Assembly (NCBI GenBank): GCA_001662655.1
Contig: KV460222.1
Direction: 5' to 3' (one strand)
Source: Pseudogymnoascus verrucosus
Lineage: Eukaryota
DNA length: 64,000 bases
Positions 35,250 through 48,038 of the stretch are shown here, one piece after another. Positions within the stretch are counted from its first letter, which is position 1. The number at the start of each line of letters is the position of its first letter. The position numbers and the translations under genes were made by a program. Under the pieces are notes generated by a model. It made no database searches, was not told the DNA's origin, and saw nothing but the letters and a program-made list of their open reading frames with translations.

Positions 35250-37543
35250 CGCGACGAGCCGACAACGCGGCGTTGAGGTTGGATATCGAGGCGTCTAGGC
35301 AGACGAGGTATCGCTTCGGCGGTTCGGTACGCTACGCGTCGGGAAGGCTGCGGGCGTTGAGCGAGATCGGTTGTTTGTTGATGTTGTTGTTTGTTTGTAT
35401 GTTTGGTGAGGTATGCTAGACGACGATAGTGAGTATCGATCTGTTGAATTTTGACGACGACGAGGTTGGATGGCGGATTGAGGTTGAAATTGGGCCAGAC
35501 TTTGGGTAGCGAAGGATGGGAGAAAACGAGAAACAAGATTGTGCCTACCAAAGTACCTAGAGGCTACTCTAGCTGAGAAGAACCTTGGAACGGCTGCTGG
35601 AGCCCGGGTGTCAGAGGGGAGTGGAGACTGTTCGGCGGTGGAAAGTGGGCGTTTGGAGTGAGGTAGCAGGGGGATGAGGAGGGAGGAGCAAGGTAGTTGC
35701 AGCGTGTCGGTGGGCGCGAGTGGATTGCGTGTGAGCGTATAGTGGATACGGGCGCAGTGCTTGGAGGAAAGCCAAGGTCCAGTGGGAGGGATTGTGATTG
35801 CTGTGTGCCGAGATTACTCGTCAGACATGGGCTGAGTGAGCGTGGATTGGGTGGAGAAGGATGATCGAATGGGCGAGTGAGGATGAATTGAGGATGTCGC
35901 CGAAGATAGAGCGTGTTTCTCTCTGGGAGTACGTACTCGGGGGGGGGGGTAAAGGTACCTTTGTAAGGCGCGAGTGGGTTCCGCGCTTAGGACGTGATCG
36001 ATCGCGAGGTGGAGGAGGGAGGAGTACGTAGAGAATGGAGTCTTTTGATGCTCGATTGAGTAGTTTTGTCTCTGGTGGACGGATTGGTGAGATGAGGGTA
36101 AGAAGCTGATGATGGTGATTGACAGATGACAGCTTGTAGTGGGTGTGTGTGTGTGTGTGTGCAATTGATGAAGCAAGAATGTTTGGTGTGTGTAATTGGT
36201 AGATTGGTGTATGATGGATGGATTGGTGATGTTGAAAGGAAGAAGAAGAAGAAAGTGGGAGGGTGAAGATGGGAAGGAGGGTAGAGGTGATGGAGGGGAG
36301 GGGGAGAAGTTTAGTTGAGTGGTGGTGAGTGGGTGGTGAGTGGGAGAAGCTTAGTTGTGTGGTGGTAAGTGGTGAATTGAGGGTGGTGAGTGGGTGAATT
36401 GAGGATTGATAGAAGGTTGTGTAATGTGTAATGTGTGCCAGGTGCAAGGTAGCAAGGTAGATAGCAAGGTGGGATGGGATGGGATGGAGGAGGAGGTATG
36501 TGTTTCTCGTAGTTGTTCTCGTACTAATTCTCGTGTTCACCGCGTTCACCGTGCACCGAGTTTCATCGAGAGCAGGAGGGGAAGAGAAGTAGAGGCGGGG
36601 AGAGCACGATGACGGCGGGGATAGTAAGAGTGAAGAGAGACAGAAGAGAGACACGTCAGAGGCTTGGTGGGAGTGGTGGTGGTGGTGGTGGTGGTAGTGG
36701 TGTGGCCGACTTCAATGCAGCCTGGAATGATAGGGTGGGAGGTGAGGTGAGATTGTACGGAGCAGCTGCCTGGAACAGACGGAGGAGGAAGGGGGAAGAG
36801 AGGAAGGTGAGGAAGGAAGGAGGGGGGAGACACGCATTACCGTCTCTATCCTATCCTATCTATCTTTCTCTCACCGTTCCTTATCGTCCATCTAGTCCTT
36901 CTCGTCCATCTACTCTACACCCGACTGTACGACTATAATCTGCCTGCTCTGCTACTCAACTACTCTACTACTCTACTGTCCTCCTAATTTTCTACTAGTC
37001 TACTGCCGTATAAACCACTCTACTACTAATACCCTCCTACTACCACCTCCCACCCTAACCCATCTCCCACCGAGACCAGCGGGGCACACCACAGTCAAAC
37101 ACACGATGTGACCACGCCTCTAACCTTCTTCTCCTCCTAATCTCACCTAATCTCACCTAACTCACCAAATCCCATACCATCCCACCCATCCATCCCATCC
37201 CACACTGCCGTTCTCCCCCTCCACTCCTTCCCCCCACCTAAAAATCTGCACACAACGGCCCCAAGCAGATCCTGTCTTAACGTATCCACTATCTACTATA
37301 TCCACCTTAAGACTTCTTCACTTCATCCCTCCCATCCATCCGTTTTGCAATAGTAGAGTATCTAGTACGTACTACCATCAAACTCAGCACACTCATCCTC
37401 TTCCTTCGTCCCATGGTAACCCATTATCTAGCCTGGCCATTCTACTAACCCTTCTAACCATCCTAACCCTACCCTCCCACCACTACCACTCTATCGCAAA
37501 CACACAGCCCCGCGGCGACCACCCTTCTCAGCGCCTACGCGCC

Positions 37544-37587
37544 CGCGACGCGTTTGGTAAACAAAGCCCTGACCTAAACGCGTCGCG
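37544..37587. promoter_or_regulatory. Inverted pair of MCB elements flanking a forkhead-binding site
   Basis: CGCGACGCGTTT (37544-37555) and its exact reverse complement AAACGCGTCGCG (37576-37587); GTAAACAA at 37557-37564 lies between them. Confidence 0.65.
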
Positions 37588-39216
37588 AGTGGGTACGTAC
37601 CTTCCACACCCTAACTCCCCATCACGTAAATTACGCGAGATGAGCGAATCGGGTAGAGCGTGGTGTGGGCACGTCGGAGGATGGAGAGTGTGCCTCAGTT
37701 AGTCAGGTTCTTACCTTGAATTTTAGTAGCACCCTGTTCCTGCCTCAGTGAATCCGCGTGTAGATACACCTCCGACGATGAGTATGTGTTTTGTGTGTGC
37801 TGTGTACTGCAAACGGACACACACACGGCTGGGAAAGGTCGGGTGATGGACCCCTTGGGTCTTACATGAGTGTTACTGAGATGAGGAAATATGCGTGATC
37901 AAGGGGGTGAGAGTGATATCGCCGATTCCACGAACTAAACTATCTTATTTCCACATAGTTTCCTCACCTAGCAATCCCGTCATCCTCGTCTTGTCTCACT
38001 GGTTTATACGGTTCTAGTTGAGGTTGGGCGTTGGCGTGGCGTAATTTTGTGCGGGAAGTGGGGTGGACACCTATCTTGGAGTTAAGGCTGGCTGGCTGGC
38101 TTGCTGGCTGGCTTAGGGGCTATAATTTGCATATCATACATAGTGGGAAAATGACATATTAAAGTCTTATAGTTTAAACCCTTTCATAACGATATACATA
38201 TACTACTATACCATAACTATGTCCTTGTGCTCGTGCGTGCCCCGGAAACGGACAAGACGTTTAATTAACTAAGAAAAAAAACCCCCCACTTCTAACACTT
38301 CTCTAATTCCGGCAGATGGAAGAAACATTTCTCAACACCCCTTACCAGCCACGCCAGACCGAGTTCCTGGTTCCTTCCTGGTGATTGATGGATGCCACGA
38401 TGGGATGAGGAGGCGAACTTGCATATGAGGTTTCTGGTGCCTGACATAACCATAACTCACTCCCCCTTTCTCCCGCAGCACAGTCTGCCCGCCCGCCCGC
38501 TCCCACCTTAGCCTCCTGCAAATGCACACGCACCTTGGACCTGCTTAAGATGAGATGAGCAACCACAGCGCATAGCACTGTGACTCAGATTCCCCAAGAA
38601 CTATCGTATGCACGCACGCACTCTTAATTTGGGATTTTATGATATGAGGAATCTGATATAGTTATTTATACCTATACCGTAGTTTCTATAACCAACCACC
38701 ACCCATCCCCCCCTATTAGTTACATATAGAACTCCACAACTGCCATAACTGCCATGAAACTAAACACAATAGTTACGTATAAAAACCAAACTCTCCTATT
38801 ATCTACATATACACAACTCCCCCCATATAATAACTACAAAACATGAAAAAAAAGAAAATCTCTTCCATTCCATTTGCCCCCATACCCGCCCGTACGACCC
38901 CTTTCCATCAACCAAAAAAAACTTCTAAGTGTAAAAGCGCCCAAAGCCACTACCAGAGTGATTTTTGGGGCCGTGCTGCTGCTTTTTTGTCGAGTCCGGA
39001 AAGGGGGTGCGTAGGATGGCGATGGCAGGTTCATCTCGTTGCTCATGTACATTACCACCAACCCACCCACTCATCTACACGTATATCCATCCCAAACGCC
39101 GCGCTGTGCCTTTATACTGACCTTATCCCTCCCCCCATATCGCTGTGTCGTTTTTATACTGACTGTCCTCCCTCCCCTATTTACCACCCCTCAACCCCCC
39201 ATCTACCATCATCCCC

Positions 39217-41285
39217 TCACAAACCCACCACCCCCAACCAAACACCCACCACCACTCCAACCACACCCCATCCCACCCCCCTCCTCCCCGCACCACTAAG
39301 ATGATAAGCCGCCCCGGGGTAATTGCAAGTAATCTGCCCATCCTCACTACTACTCCCATTCGGCCTCCTTCCATAACTACTCGCGAACCCTCCATTCCCC
39401 GGTCCGGGACACTCAAACCCCATCGCCGCCGGACAGCTCTGGACGAGGTTATAACACATATCCAGACACGGCAGGATCTCCTTATACGGCCCCGGCTTCA
39501 CGATCTCATCGATCGCCGGATTCCTGCTCGAGTTCAAGTAAAGAATTTCCTGGCTGGCAGCGAGGAAATTAGAGTCCTGAAGCATCGATGAGTTGGGAAA
39601 CGGCTGCACCACGTTCCTCGGCTGTAACCAGGGGTCAGAACGGCTGTAATCCTGGCACCGCGGGATGGTGACGCTGCACAGCCAGGCTTTGTAGGCTGCG
39701 GCGCAGTGGTCGCAGTTGCGGACTAGACTGTATTGACCGGTGTTTGGGATTTCGCAGGGGATTTGCTGCAGGGCTTTGGCGAAGTTGGAGTACGCGGATG
39801 CGGCGGCGTTGTCGTAGAATTCCGCTAGCGAGGTGAGGGTGGGGAAGGTGGTGGGGTTGCCGGGGACGGCGTAGGAGACGTCGGAGCAGAAGGTGAGGTT
39901 GAAGAGGATTGCGCAGTTGCCGTCTGGTGGGGGTTAGTCGGGGTTCGGTAGAGAGGATAGGGGGGAAGGGGGATAAAGGGGAAATGGGAGATAGAGACAA
40001 AGGGCAGAGGGATGAAAATGGGAAAAAAGGACTACTAACCAGACTGCGTAGTAAAATTCATACTCTGCCAAACGCGCCCCCCACCCCCCGGCGCTCTCTC
40101 CGTCGCATTCCCGGGCAACGCCAAAATCCCATAATACTGCGAACTAGCACTCAGCCCCTGAAAGTAAAACTGCTGCTTCGGGTGCGTCCCCAGGGTGACA
40201 TTCGTCATGATCGTCTTGACCATATCGGTGCGCAGCCCCTTCTGCGTGCCCGCGATCTGCGCATAGTTCTCGAGCCCGCAGTACGAGCGCGACACGCCCT
40301 GGATCGACATCTGGTTTTGCTGGTTGGCGAAGATCACGTAGGGGGGCGGGGAGAGCTGCATCCATTTCTGGTAGACGGGGCTGCTGGAGTTGTCGAGGGT
40401 GAGGTTTTTGGTGGCGAGGAGCGCGGAGCTGGAGTCGCTGTCGATGAAGAAGAGGTCGGCGGCGTCGCCGCTGTAGGAGTGGAAGGGGGCGTCGATGGAG
40501 ACGCCGACTTCGACGTTGTAGACCCCTTCGTACTCGGTGGTGTTGGGGGCCTTGACGGCGATGTAGACGTCTTTGCTGGCGTCGAATGTGAGGTTTGCGA
40601 AGCCGAATTCGGCGGCCACTGTTAGTTGGCCGTCGGCGGGTTGGGAGGCTCCGAGCGCTGTCTGGTTGTCTCCCACGTACATTGTTAACTGAGGCGGAGG
40701 CCCTTGGGGGCCACTGGAGCCTTTCGCGTTGCTGGGCTGGAGGCAGGTATTCAGCGTGATATATACAGTCCTCGTTGCGTTCGCTCTCTTGTGTATCGAA
40801 GACTCCTCTCCATCCGCCGTATTCAATGCGCCCTGTCCACCCCCCTCACCCCCACCCTCCCATCTCGGACTTAATCCAACAGACGGTAGCCCCGTTGATC
40901 CGCTGCCAGCAGGAGCATGCGGACCCCAAACCGTCTCGTTCAGGAAGACGAAATACATCGTCTCCCCCTGGTTCAGATTGTACGGCCTCGCAATATTGTT
41001 GGGTATCTCATACGCCATCGGCAGCTGCCGCGCGTGCAAATCCTCCCCACCCCCCGTGAACTCCACCTGGTATATCATATCCTCGCCATCCTCCCCCTCC
41101 CCGCGCGCCGACACAAAGGGGTCCAGTAACCGCTCATGGTTGTGGTCGTCGGGTAGTATCGAATCGAGCTCGGCGGCATGGGCGAGGTTCCCCGCGAAGA
41201 TTGTGAAGAAGAGGAGAGCGACCAGGCCCGTGGTAATCATGGATGGGAGGAGGCGGGGCTGGAGTAGTGGACTGGGCTTCGACAT
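39217..41285 (-). CDS. MID1: Calcium channel subunit Mid1
   Basis: Signal-like N-terminus, DHNH motif, VYITLNTCLQP, FIDSDSSSALL; Cys-rich C-terminus (NCAILFNLTFCSDVSYAVP, QIPC, YSLVRNCDHC..AYKAWLCSVTIPRC, YKEILPC..CYNLVQSCPAAMGF); hydrophobic tail; one intron near 39924-40040. Confidence 0.9.
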
Positions 41286-42137
41286 CGTGGTGTTGTAGCC
41301 ATGCGCATGTGGCGCTGACGGCGAGGCTCCCCGCGCCAGATACGAGGGCGATAGATAAATATAACTGATGCCTTGTGTAGCTTTGGAGCGAGTGGCGGTT
41401 ACGGTGGCGGGATGGTGGAAGCGATTGACTCGGGTATTAATATTGTAAGAGTTATGAAGATTATGTATTTCGTGGAGAAGGATCAAAAGAGTGTCGTCTC
41501 TAGCTGATCTGCAGCTGACAGTTTGATGACGCTCCTCCGTGCTTCCTCGTGTTTCGGACTCGTCTGTACTTCGCCAAGCCTTTTAAGAAATGGTCTGGAG
41601 CGCGACGACACCCGCCATGTGCCTCTGGTACACTAACATATTTTCCCCTAATTATTTTTAGCCGTCCAGGAACGGCGTTATTTTTCAACAGTTTAGATTA
41701 TAATCACCTGGATAACTCAAAATCTGGTAAGGGGAACATAATCCATTGTGATGACCAAACAAAATATCTCATTCAGTTTGAAGTAAGTACATCAATGTCG
41801 ATGACAGACATCCACAGCTCCCCTGGAGAATTAAAAATAACGCGGTAAGTCAACTGATAATCATCGCATCCAGCCCAACACAAACCAAACAATCACGCCT
41901 TTGCCCACCTAATCCACCATGGATTACCAAAAAAAAGCAATCCCATATACACATACACGCCGTGCCCCCACACAAGTCTACATCATAAATATCATCCCAG
42001 GATCATAATGGGGTCCCATCCGTGCCCAACCAGTGACCCCTTGTACCCTAGTTTGGAGCTTTGAAGAAAGCTTCGAGAAATGTACCAATTCCCAATCGCA
42101 ACGTGAGGCCGTCAATAAGTGTCATGCTTTGGAAATT

Positions 42138-44805
42138 TTAAGCTGCCTGTGCGAGGTTGATCGTTCCATCCATATTAGGGGTTCCCATTTGAGCATCGCT
42201 GAAGTTGAACTTGCTCATGGAGAACTCGTCGTCTGGCGTTCGCATGCCAATTCCACTGTCGTCATGTCCAGAAACGACATTCATAGCTGCGCTGCTTGCC
42301 GTGTCCATCGGACCTGGAATCGTAATGCCGTGGTCATTAGAGCCATTCATATACTGCTGACGCTCAAAGTCGTCCATAGGCAGGCCATTATATACATTCG
42401 GGTTCGATTCGGCCGCTCGGTTCTGGTGAGACTGGACTATGTTCTCGTTCCGCCTGGTATTGGATGTCTTGTATTCCATGAAACCACCCTTCTCGGCCAT
42501 GAAAGATATCATCTCGTCGATCCAGCATTTTGTGACCCACCAGGATCCAAAACTCTGGCCGGACTTGATAGTGAGATCTCTCATCACTGCTGTGCCGACG
42601 CGTTCAACACACCATATAATGTCCGCTGGGCTAGCGTACGAGAATCTGCCCGGAATCGACACCAAGAAATTGACCCATCGGTCGAGGACATTTTCTGTCG
42701 ACGAATCTAAGTGGATGCTGGACTCTCTTTGGTTACCGCTTCGAGCTGACATATCGCCGTATGGTGTGACACTTTCAATGTCCCAAGCTACCGTAACTGG
42801 ATCAAGGAGATCTCGTAGCTCTGTTAAGAGGAGCCTTGCCACATCATCCATTGCCCTCGTTGGAATGCATTCTGCAACCTTTCGGAGACGCACCATAGAT
42901 ATCCAATCTTGGTACATCTGATCCCGATTAGGAGGATGAGAAAGCATATTTGCCGCTGCATGGGCCGTGAGGTTGACTCTGCACATGCGATCTAACAAGC
43001 CAGCGAATAGGGTCGCAGGGGCGACCTTGGCATCGATGACGTGAGCAGGCTGGCCGTGGAAAGATGTCTGGATGTGAGAAACCAGGCGCTCTGAGATTGC
43101 ATGCAAAGTATCTAGAATTTGTTGCGGTACAACCTCAAGAGTCAAATGGCCTAGAAGTCGGATCATCTTTTGGTACATGATGAAATCGCATTCTTCTATC
43201 CACGGCGCGATACTCTCGTGAGCAAAGAGTTTCTGTACCGGCATGGTGAGGGTGCCATGAAAGGAAGTGAATAGATAAAAGAAGGTCTTTTGTTTCACAA
43301 AGCGGATCGCGTCCACTAGAGAGGTGCAGTGGGAACGATATAACGCTGTCAACGCTGTTGCCGAATCCGGATCTGTCCCAGCTGGGATGAATGGTTCAAT
43401 CTTTGGCAACGTGATGGGTTCATATTCATGCATCGAATTGTCCGCCGGTGGGACAAAGCACAGATGCTGGGTTATTTTGCCGTTGTATTCGAGATCCTGG
43501 ACGTTGTGAAGGACTGACTGGTTATATAGACTACGTGATTGCACAAAGCTAGATGCAGGCTTATTCGTCTGCTCAAGGACAGGTGAGAAAGCCATGCCTG
43601 GAAATTCTTGTTTATCCACCGGAGTGTGTGACGGAAGACTGCAAATAATGTTAGCATCATAAGAATCCCCTAGCAAGTTATAAAACATACCTAGGTTCTT
43701 GCGCGAACCTCTTGGCTTCTGCCGTCTTCATGGGTTGGTATTTTTGCGTTGATGGATTCTCAATTAGGTTTGGCTGATCTTCCTTCAAGCTGAAGTTGAC
43801 ATAGTGATACTTGGATTCACCTCGGACACCAAGACGCCTTGTTTTAAGGCCAGGGAATAGAACTCGGACAAGCTTGCCGAAAGACGCTGGGTTGAGTACC
43901 GTGACGCGTTCCGTTGCACACCTTGAAACATAGTTTGCGTATACGCGACCTCTAGGTACTGACCCTTTTCCTTTGTCACAAACTTGGTTTATCCTGCAGA
44001 CATTAGTGCAAGTTAAAGACTGTAGCTTCTATAGCACATACCAGATCATTGCAAACACCTGTCGCATCCTCTCTGACTGCGGGCCCCGTTCATTGCCATG
44101 CAGCTCTGTAGCTACTTCAGGTAGTTTGCGGTGCTTATTATTTTGAAATAGCTGACGCATCTCAAGTTCATTTGCTGCACTCGACTTCGAAGCCTTTTTG
44201 GGAGCTCCATTAGCACCAGCTAACGAATCGACGTCATCCTGCTCATCGCTACGGCCTTCAAGCATAGGACTATCATCCTCCATAAAACTTGTTCCATAGC
44301 CGTCTGTTGGTAGAGACCGCCGTGCATGTTCGGGCCTATACGAGCCGTCATGCGAGTATCCTAAGGTATGGTTGACCGCAGCACCCAGCGCGGGGTCGAT
44401 GCCATAGTCCCGGGGGTCTCGGAGCTGCGAGGCGGACTGCATAACCATGTCTTCGGCAGTTACATGGCCGCCACCCGCGAATCTTTGTTGTTGCTCGTTC
44501 TCAAACCATTGTTTCTGGTATTCGGCGGGGTTACCGTCCGCTTGTTGATCGTGTAGCGAGTGGGTGGCGGCACTGTGTAGACTTGTTGTTGATCCCCGGG
44601 AAAGCTGGCGCTTTCTCCCCTTCATAGAGACAGCCGTGTTTGAGCGCGAGCGACTTTTCGTGGGCACCGTCTCCGTTTGTGGTTGGGATAAATCTGCTAA
44701 GCGCTTAGTATTTCGCGTTGTTGGGATGGTAAATAATGGCATGCGCGGTATGGATATTTCGCATTGCGCAAATGTAACGCGCAGCGGCAGTAACTACATA
44801 CCCAT
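42138..44805 (-). CDS. RFX-family transcription factor (CPCR1/Rfx1-like)
   Basis: RFX DNA-binding domain VPRGRVYANY..LNPASFGKLVRVLFPGLKTRRLGVRGESKYHY in the exon near 43690-43995; 4-nt first exon ATGG, intron 44697-44801. Confidence 0.88.
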
Positions 44806-45388
44806 TTGTTTGTATGTAAAAGATGTATTCGAGAGCCCAATGTTTTATTGTTATATAATATAATATCTCATTATCTGGAGCGGGGCTGGGGCTTTGTTGT
44901 TGATGATGTTTGGCGATTGTTTGCGGCCGATGACGGGATCCGTGTTCTGGTGTCCTTGGGGAATCACGTCTCGAACTTTCGCTTCTTCAGGATTTGCCCG
45001 AGTATTCAGTCTGGACGTAGTTGGCGTATGGTTGCTGCATCGAGGTTGTCGTCGATCAAATTGTTCGATTCTTTGCTTGTTGTTTACTCGCATCCTAGGT
45101 ATTCTGGGTTAATGAGGCAACCTTTCGCTTATTGATCTCGGAACGGCGCTAAACTCGAAAGGAGCTTGACTATGACGCCTGGGGCAGAGTGTGTGGGCAC
45201 ATCACCACAACGTCGCTCAAAACCAACTTTCCACTTTCCATCAGACCTTTTCATCATCGCACTACCAACATTACAAGTTCCATCGCAAGCTCAGTTTTCG
45301 CTCAACATTCACACGTAACTCATTATTACAAACTGTCTATTTGACAAAATCCACTCTATCGACTCTATAGAGCTTATCAAGCTACAAG

Positions 45389-46179
45389 ATGTCGTTCCAA
45401 GATAAAGCACAAGCTCACCTGAGCCAGGTCGACAAGGAGGTAAGTCTACGAATGCCTTTGTCGCAACAAGTTAGAGCTGGCACGCAACGGCCCCAAACTA
45501 CACATACTTGTTAATCGTCAGGAATGTTCACTAATGATGTCTTTCAACTAGCTGTCGAAGTATCAGGTCTTCAACAACTTCGAGAAGCAGACATCCATCC
45601 CCAAGGTCTACGCCGTTCTTGGTGTTGTCGGCCTCTACTTCTTCTTCGTTTTCTTCAACTTTGGAGGTCAAATCCTTACCAACTTTGCTGGTTTCATCCT
45701 CCCCGGATACTATTCCCTTGAAGCTATCTTCTCTGCCGGCAAGGCCGATGATACCCAATGGCTCACTGTACGTCATGATCACGACCTTAATCTGTGTAAA
45801 CAAACTTTGCTAACTCGCGCGCAGTACTGGGTTGTGTTCGGATTTTTGACGTAGAACACCCCGAATCCCTTTTTATTATATTCTGGCTAACTTATCTAAC
45901 TATCACAGTGTGGTTGAGAGCTTGATCTCCGTTGTTTACTGGTTCCCTTTCTACTACACCTTCAAGCTCATCTTCACCCTCTGGCTTGCGCTCCCCCAGA
46001 CTGGGTATGCCCGTTTCCCCAATTGTCAGAGCTCGAATCGTCACTAACACAGAAGCAGTGGTGCCCAGCTCATCTTCCGCTCGTTCTTCCAGCCCGTCTT
46101 CTCGCGCCACTTCCAGCAGTCGACTGCTTCCAACCTTCGCTCCAAGGTTGACTCAGCCACCTCGGACAAGACACTGTAA
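45389..46179 (+). CDS. YOP1: ER-shaping protein Yop1 (DP1/REEP/HVA22 family)
   Basis: MSFQDKAQ..DKE/LSKY, EKQTSIPKVY, PGYYS, DDTQWLT/YWVV, YWFPFYYTFK..WLALPQT/GAQLIF; four introns. Confidence 0.92.
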
Positions 46180-46583
46180 GCAGCTACCAGCATGCGCTGC
46201 ATACATCCGCTCTTGCAGGTGGAGCTCGGCTCCGACAATCACACGAGAGTGGGGACAGTAAAATCAATGGCGATAAGAAGAACAGAGTATGCACGTGATA
46301 CTCTAATGTGGAATGAGACACGCGGTGTGATGGGTATCGATATCATGGAATGACTTGACTTTATTTTCGTTTCTTTATACGGGAAGCGGTCGCTTGATGT
46401 GAATAGAAACGTTGCGCGAGGGTTTATGTTATGGGCTGAGTTACGTATCATTAGATGACCAGGAGGAAATTCGTTCACGATTGGCAATGATTTTAAGGAC
46501 GGATTAATCGAACGGATGCTTTCAATCTGGTAGTTTAATGACAGTCGTCGTTGTTTTATATTTGCTCATGGTGATTTATGGTG

Positions 46584-47432
46584 TCAGCTCTTGCTAAAAC
46601 CAGTCCTGCCTCTCCCTCTGCCGAATTTCACACTCGGTGGCACAAATCGGAGTGCGGAAATTGCTCCTGTAAGACCCTCAATCTCCGCATCTTCATCACC
46701 ATCCTCCGGAACAGCGGCCTTTGCGTTGGCAAGGACAGGGCTTGCCACGTCCTGCCTGGTAGCACCATCGGTTTCAGTATTCGCCATCGTTGTTTCGGAG
46801 GCCTCGTCCGTGTTGTCCGTCTCCATGGTCCCTGACCTATTTCGGCCTCGGCTCTCATTGTAGATCTTCTGTTGCATAATTGAGCTCCTTCGTCTATGCC
46901 TGCCAGAACGGAGCATGGAACTTTTCCTGTCGATGCCATCATTGACGACGAAAAAGTCGTACTCCTTTGGAAACGAGTGTTTGTCGATTAAATGTAAACG
47001 ACGCTTTTGAGGAGTAGAGCACTTCCTATCACAATCCTCGACGAAGCATGCGTATGTATGTTCACCCCGGTCCCTAAGAACCCCAACGAGGGGATCATGG
47101 TTCTCTGCCTGGTGGAGACTCAGGAAGTGTTTCGTGGGGAAATTTTTCCGACATTCGACGCAGCGGTTGACGTGTGATTTGCTGTAGTGGACTTCATAAT
47201 CATCAAAGGAGTGAAATGAGAGGTCTGGTCGGTGTCCTGGTAAAGAGCATCTCATTACTTCGACAGTTGCTGCTCCGCTGTGCTCGGGGTCGAGATGTAC
47301 TATCTTCACCGCTTCGTATGCATTTGGGTCTGTTGGATGCGGAGAAGCCCCAGAACTGTCTGTGGCATATACGGAATCGTTATTCTCGGAGAGTGGCGGA
47401 GGATCAGAGTCTTCTCGTGAGCGTTTGACCAT
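46584..47432 (-). CDS. C2H2 zinc-finger protein (ZNF511-like)
   Basis: CVECRKNFPTKHFLSLHQAENHDP and YACFVEDCDRKCSTPQKRRLHLIDKHSFPKEYDF; C-terminal FVPPSVKFGRG. Confidence 0.8.
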   Translation of the reverse strand: MVKRSREDSDPPPLSENNDSVYATDSSGASPHPTDPNAYEAVKIVHLDPEHSGAATVEVMRCSLPGHRPDLSFHSFDDYEVHYSKSHVNRCVECRKNFPTKHFLSLHQAENHDPLVGVLRDRGEHTYACFVEDCDRKCSTPQKRRLHLIDKHSFPKEYDFFVVNDGIDRKSSMLRSGRHRRRSSIMQQKIYNESRGRNRSGTMETDNTDEASETTMANTETDGATRQDVASPVLANAKAAVPEDGDEDAEIEGLTGAISALRFVPPSVKFGRGRGRTGFSKS

Positions 47433-48038
47433 CTTTAATATGTGATAGTGGGGTAGTTACTTGGTGGGCTTTATCCCCTCCTCAGCACTTGAGCCAGCTA
47501 GCTTCTTGACTTTCGGTCTGTGGAACGCTGTATGGTTAGGTTTGCTCGGGAATACAAATTACCTCTAGAGAAAGATAAATATATCTTGCGTGAGAGTTGC
47601 CAGGGTATCAGTATGTCGTTTATGTCGTTAATGTCTGAATGTTGATCAACAAATCGAGGTTATCGTTAATCATTTCAGCCTTGTGGGTTGCGTTTGGTAG
47701 GGTGGTCCCAGCGTTGGAACTAGTGCCGCTTTGTGCACTATATTTCGCCAAGCCTTAGTGGGACATGTGCGGCAACCTTGCGCGTTACTTTGCTTCCATC
47801 GATCTCGACGAAAAGTGAGATATACAAATGCGCCCGCGGCATTTCCACCACAACCAAAATTTCACTCACTGAGCAAAACGCTCTTGTCTCACCTGCCATC
47901 TGCGCTCATTCTTTTCAGCTGCTTTGATCGGACTGAGGACCACAACTTATCTCCTGCTAATGGCTTTTCCCGATTCAATCACTTTGTCCAGAGGCATCTG
48001 GGGCCGGCCATAGTCCGATCTCTCAAGATAACGATAAC

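Noticed and set aside
35821..36654. 277-aa minus-strand ORF upstream of the forkhead gene
   Set aside because: Low-complexity product of a pyrimidine-rich leader; more likely UTR or promoter.
41748..41858. GTGATGA...CTGA pair resembling C/D snoRNA boxes
   Set aside because: Weak terminal stem and no rRNA-complementary guide recognised; probably chance.
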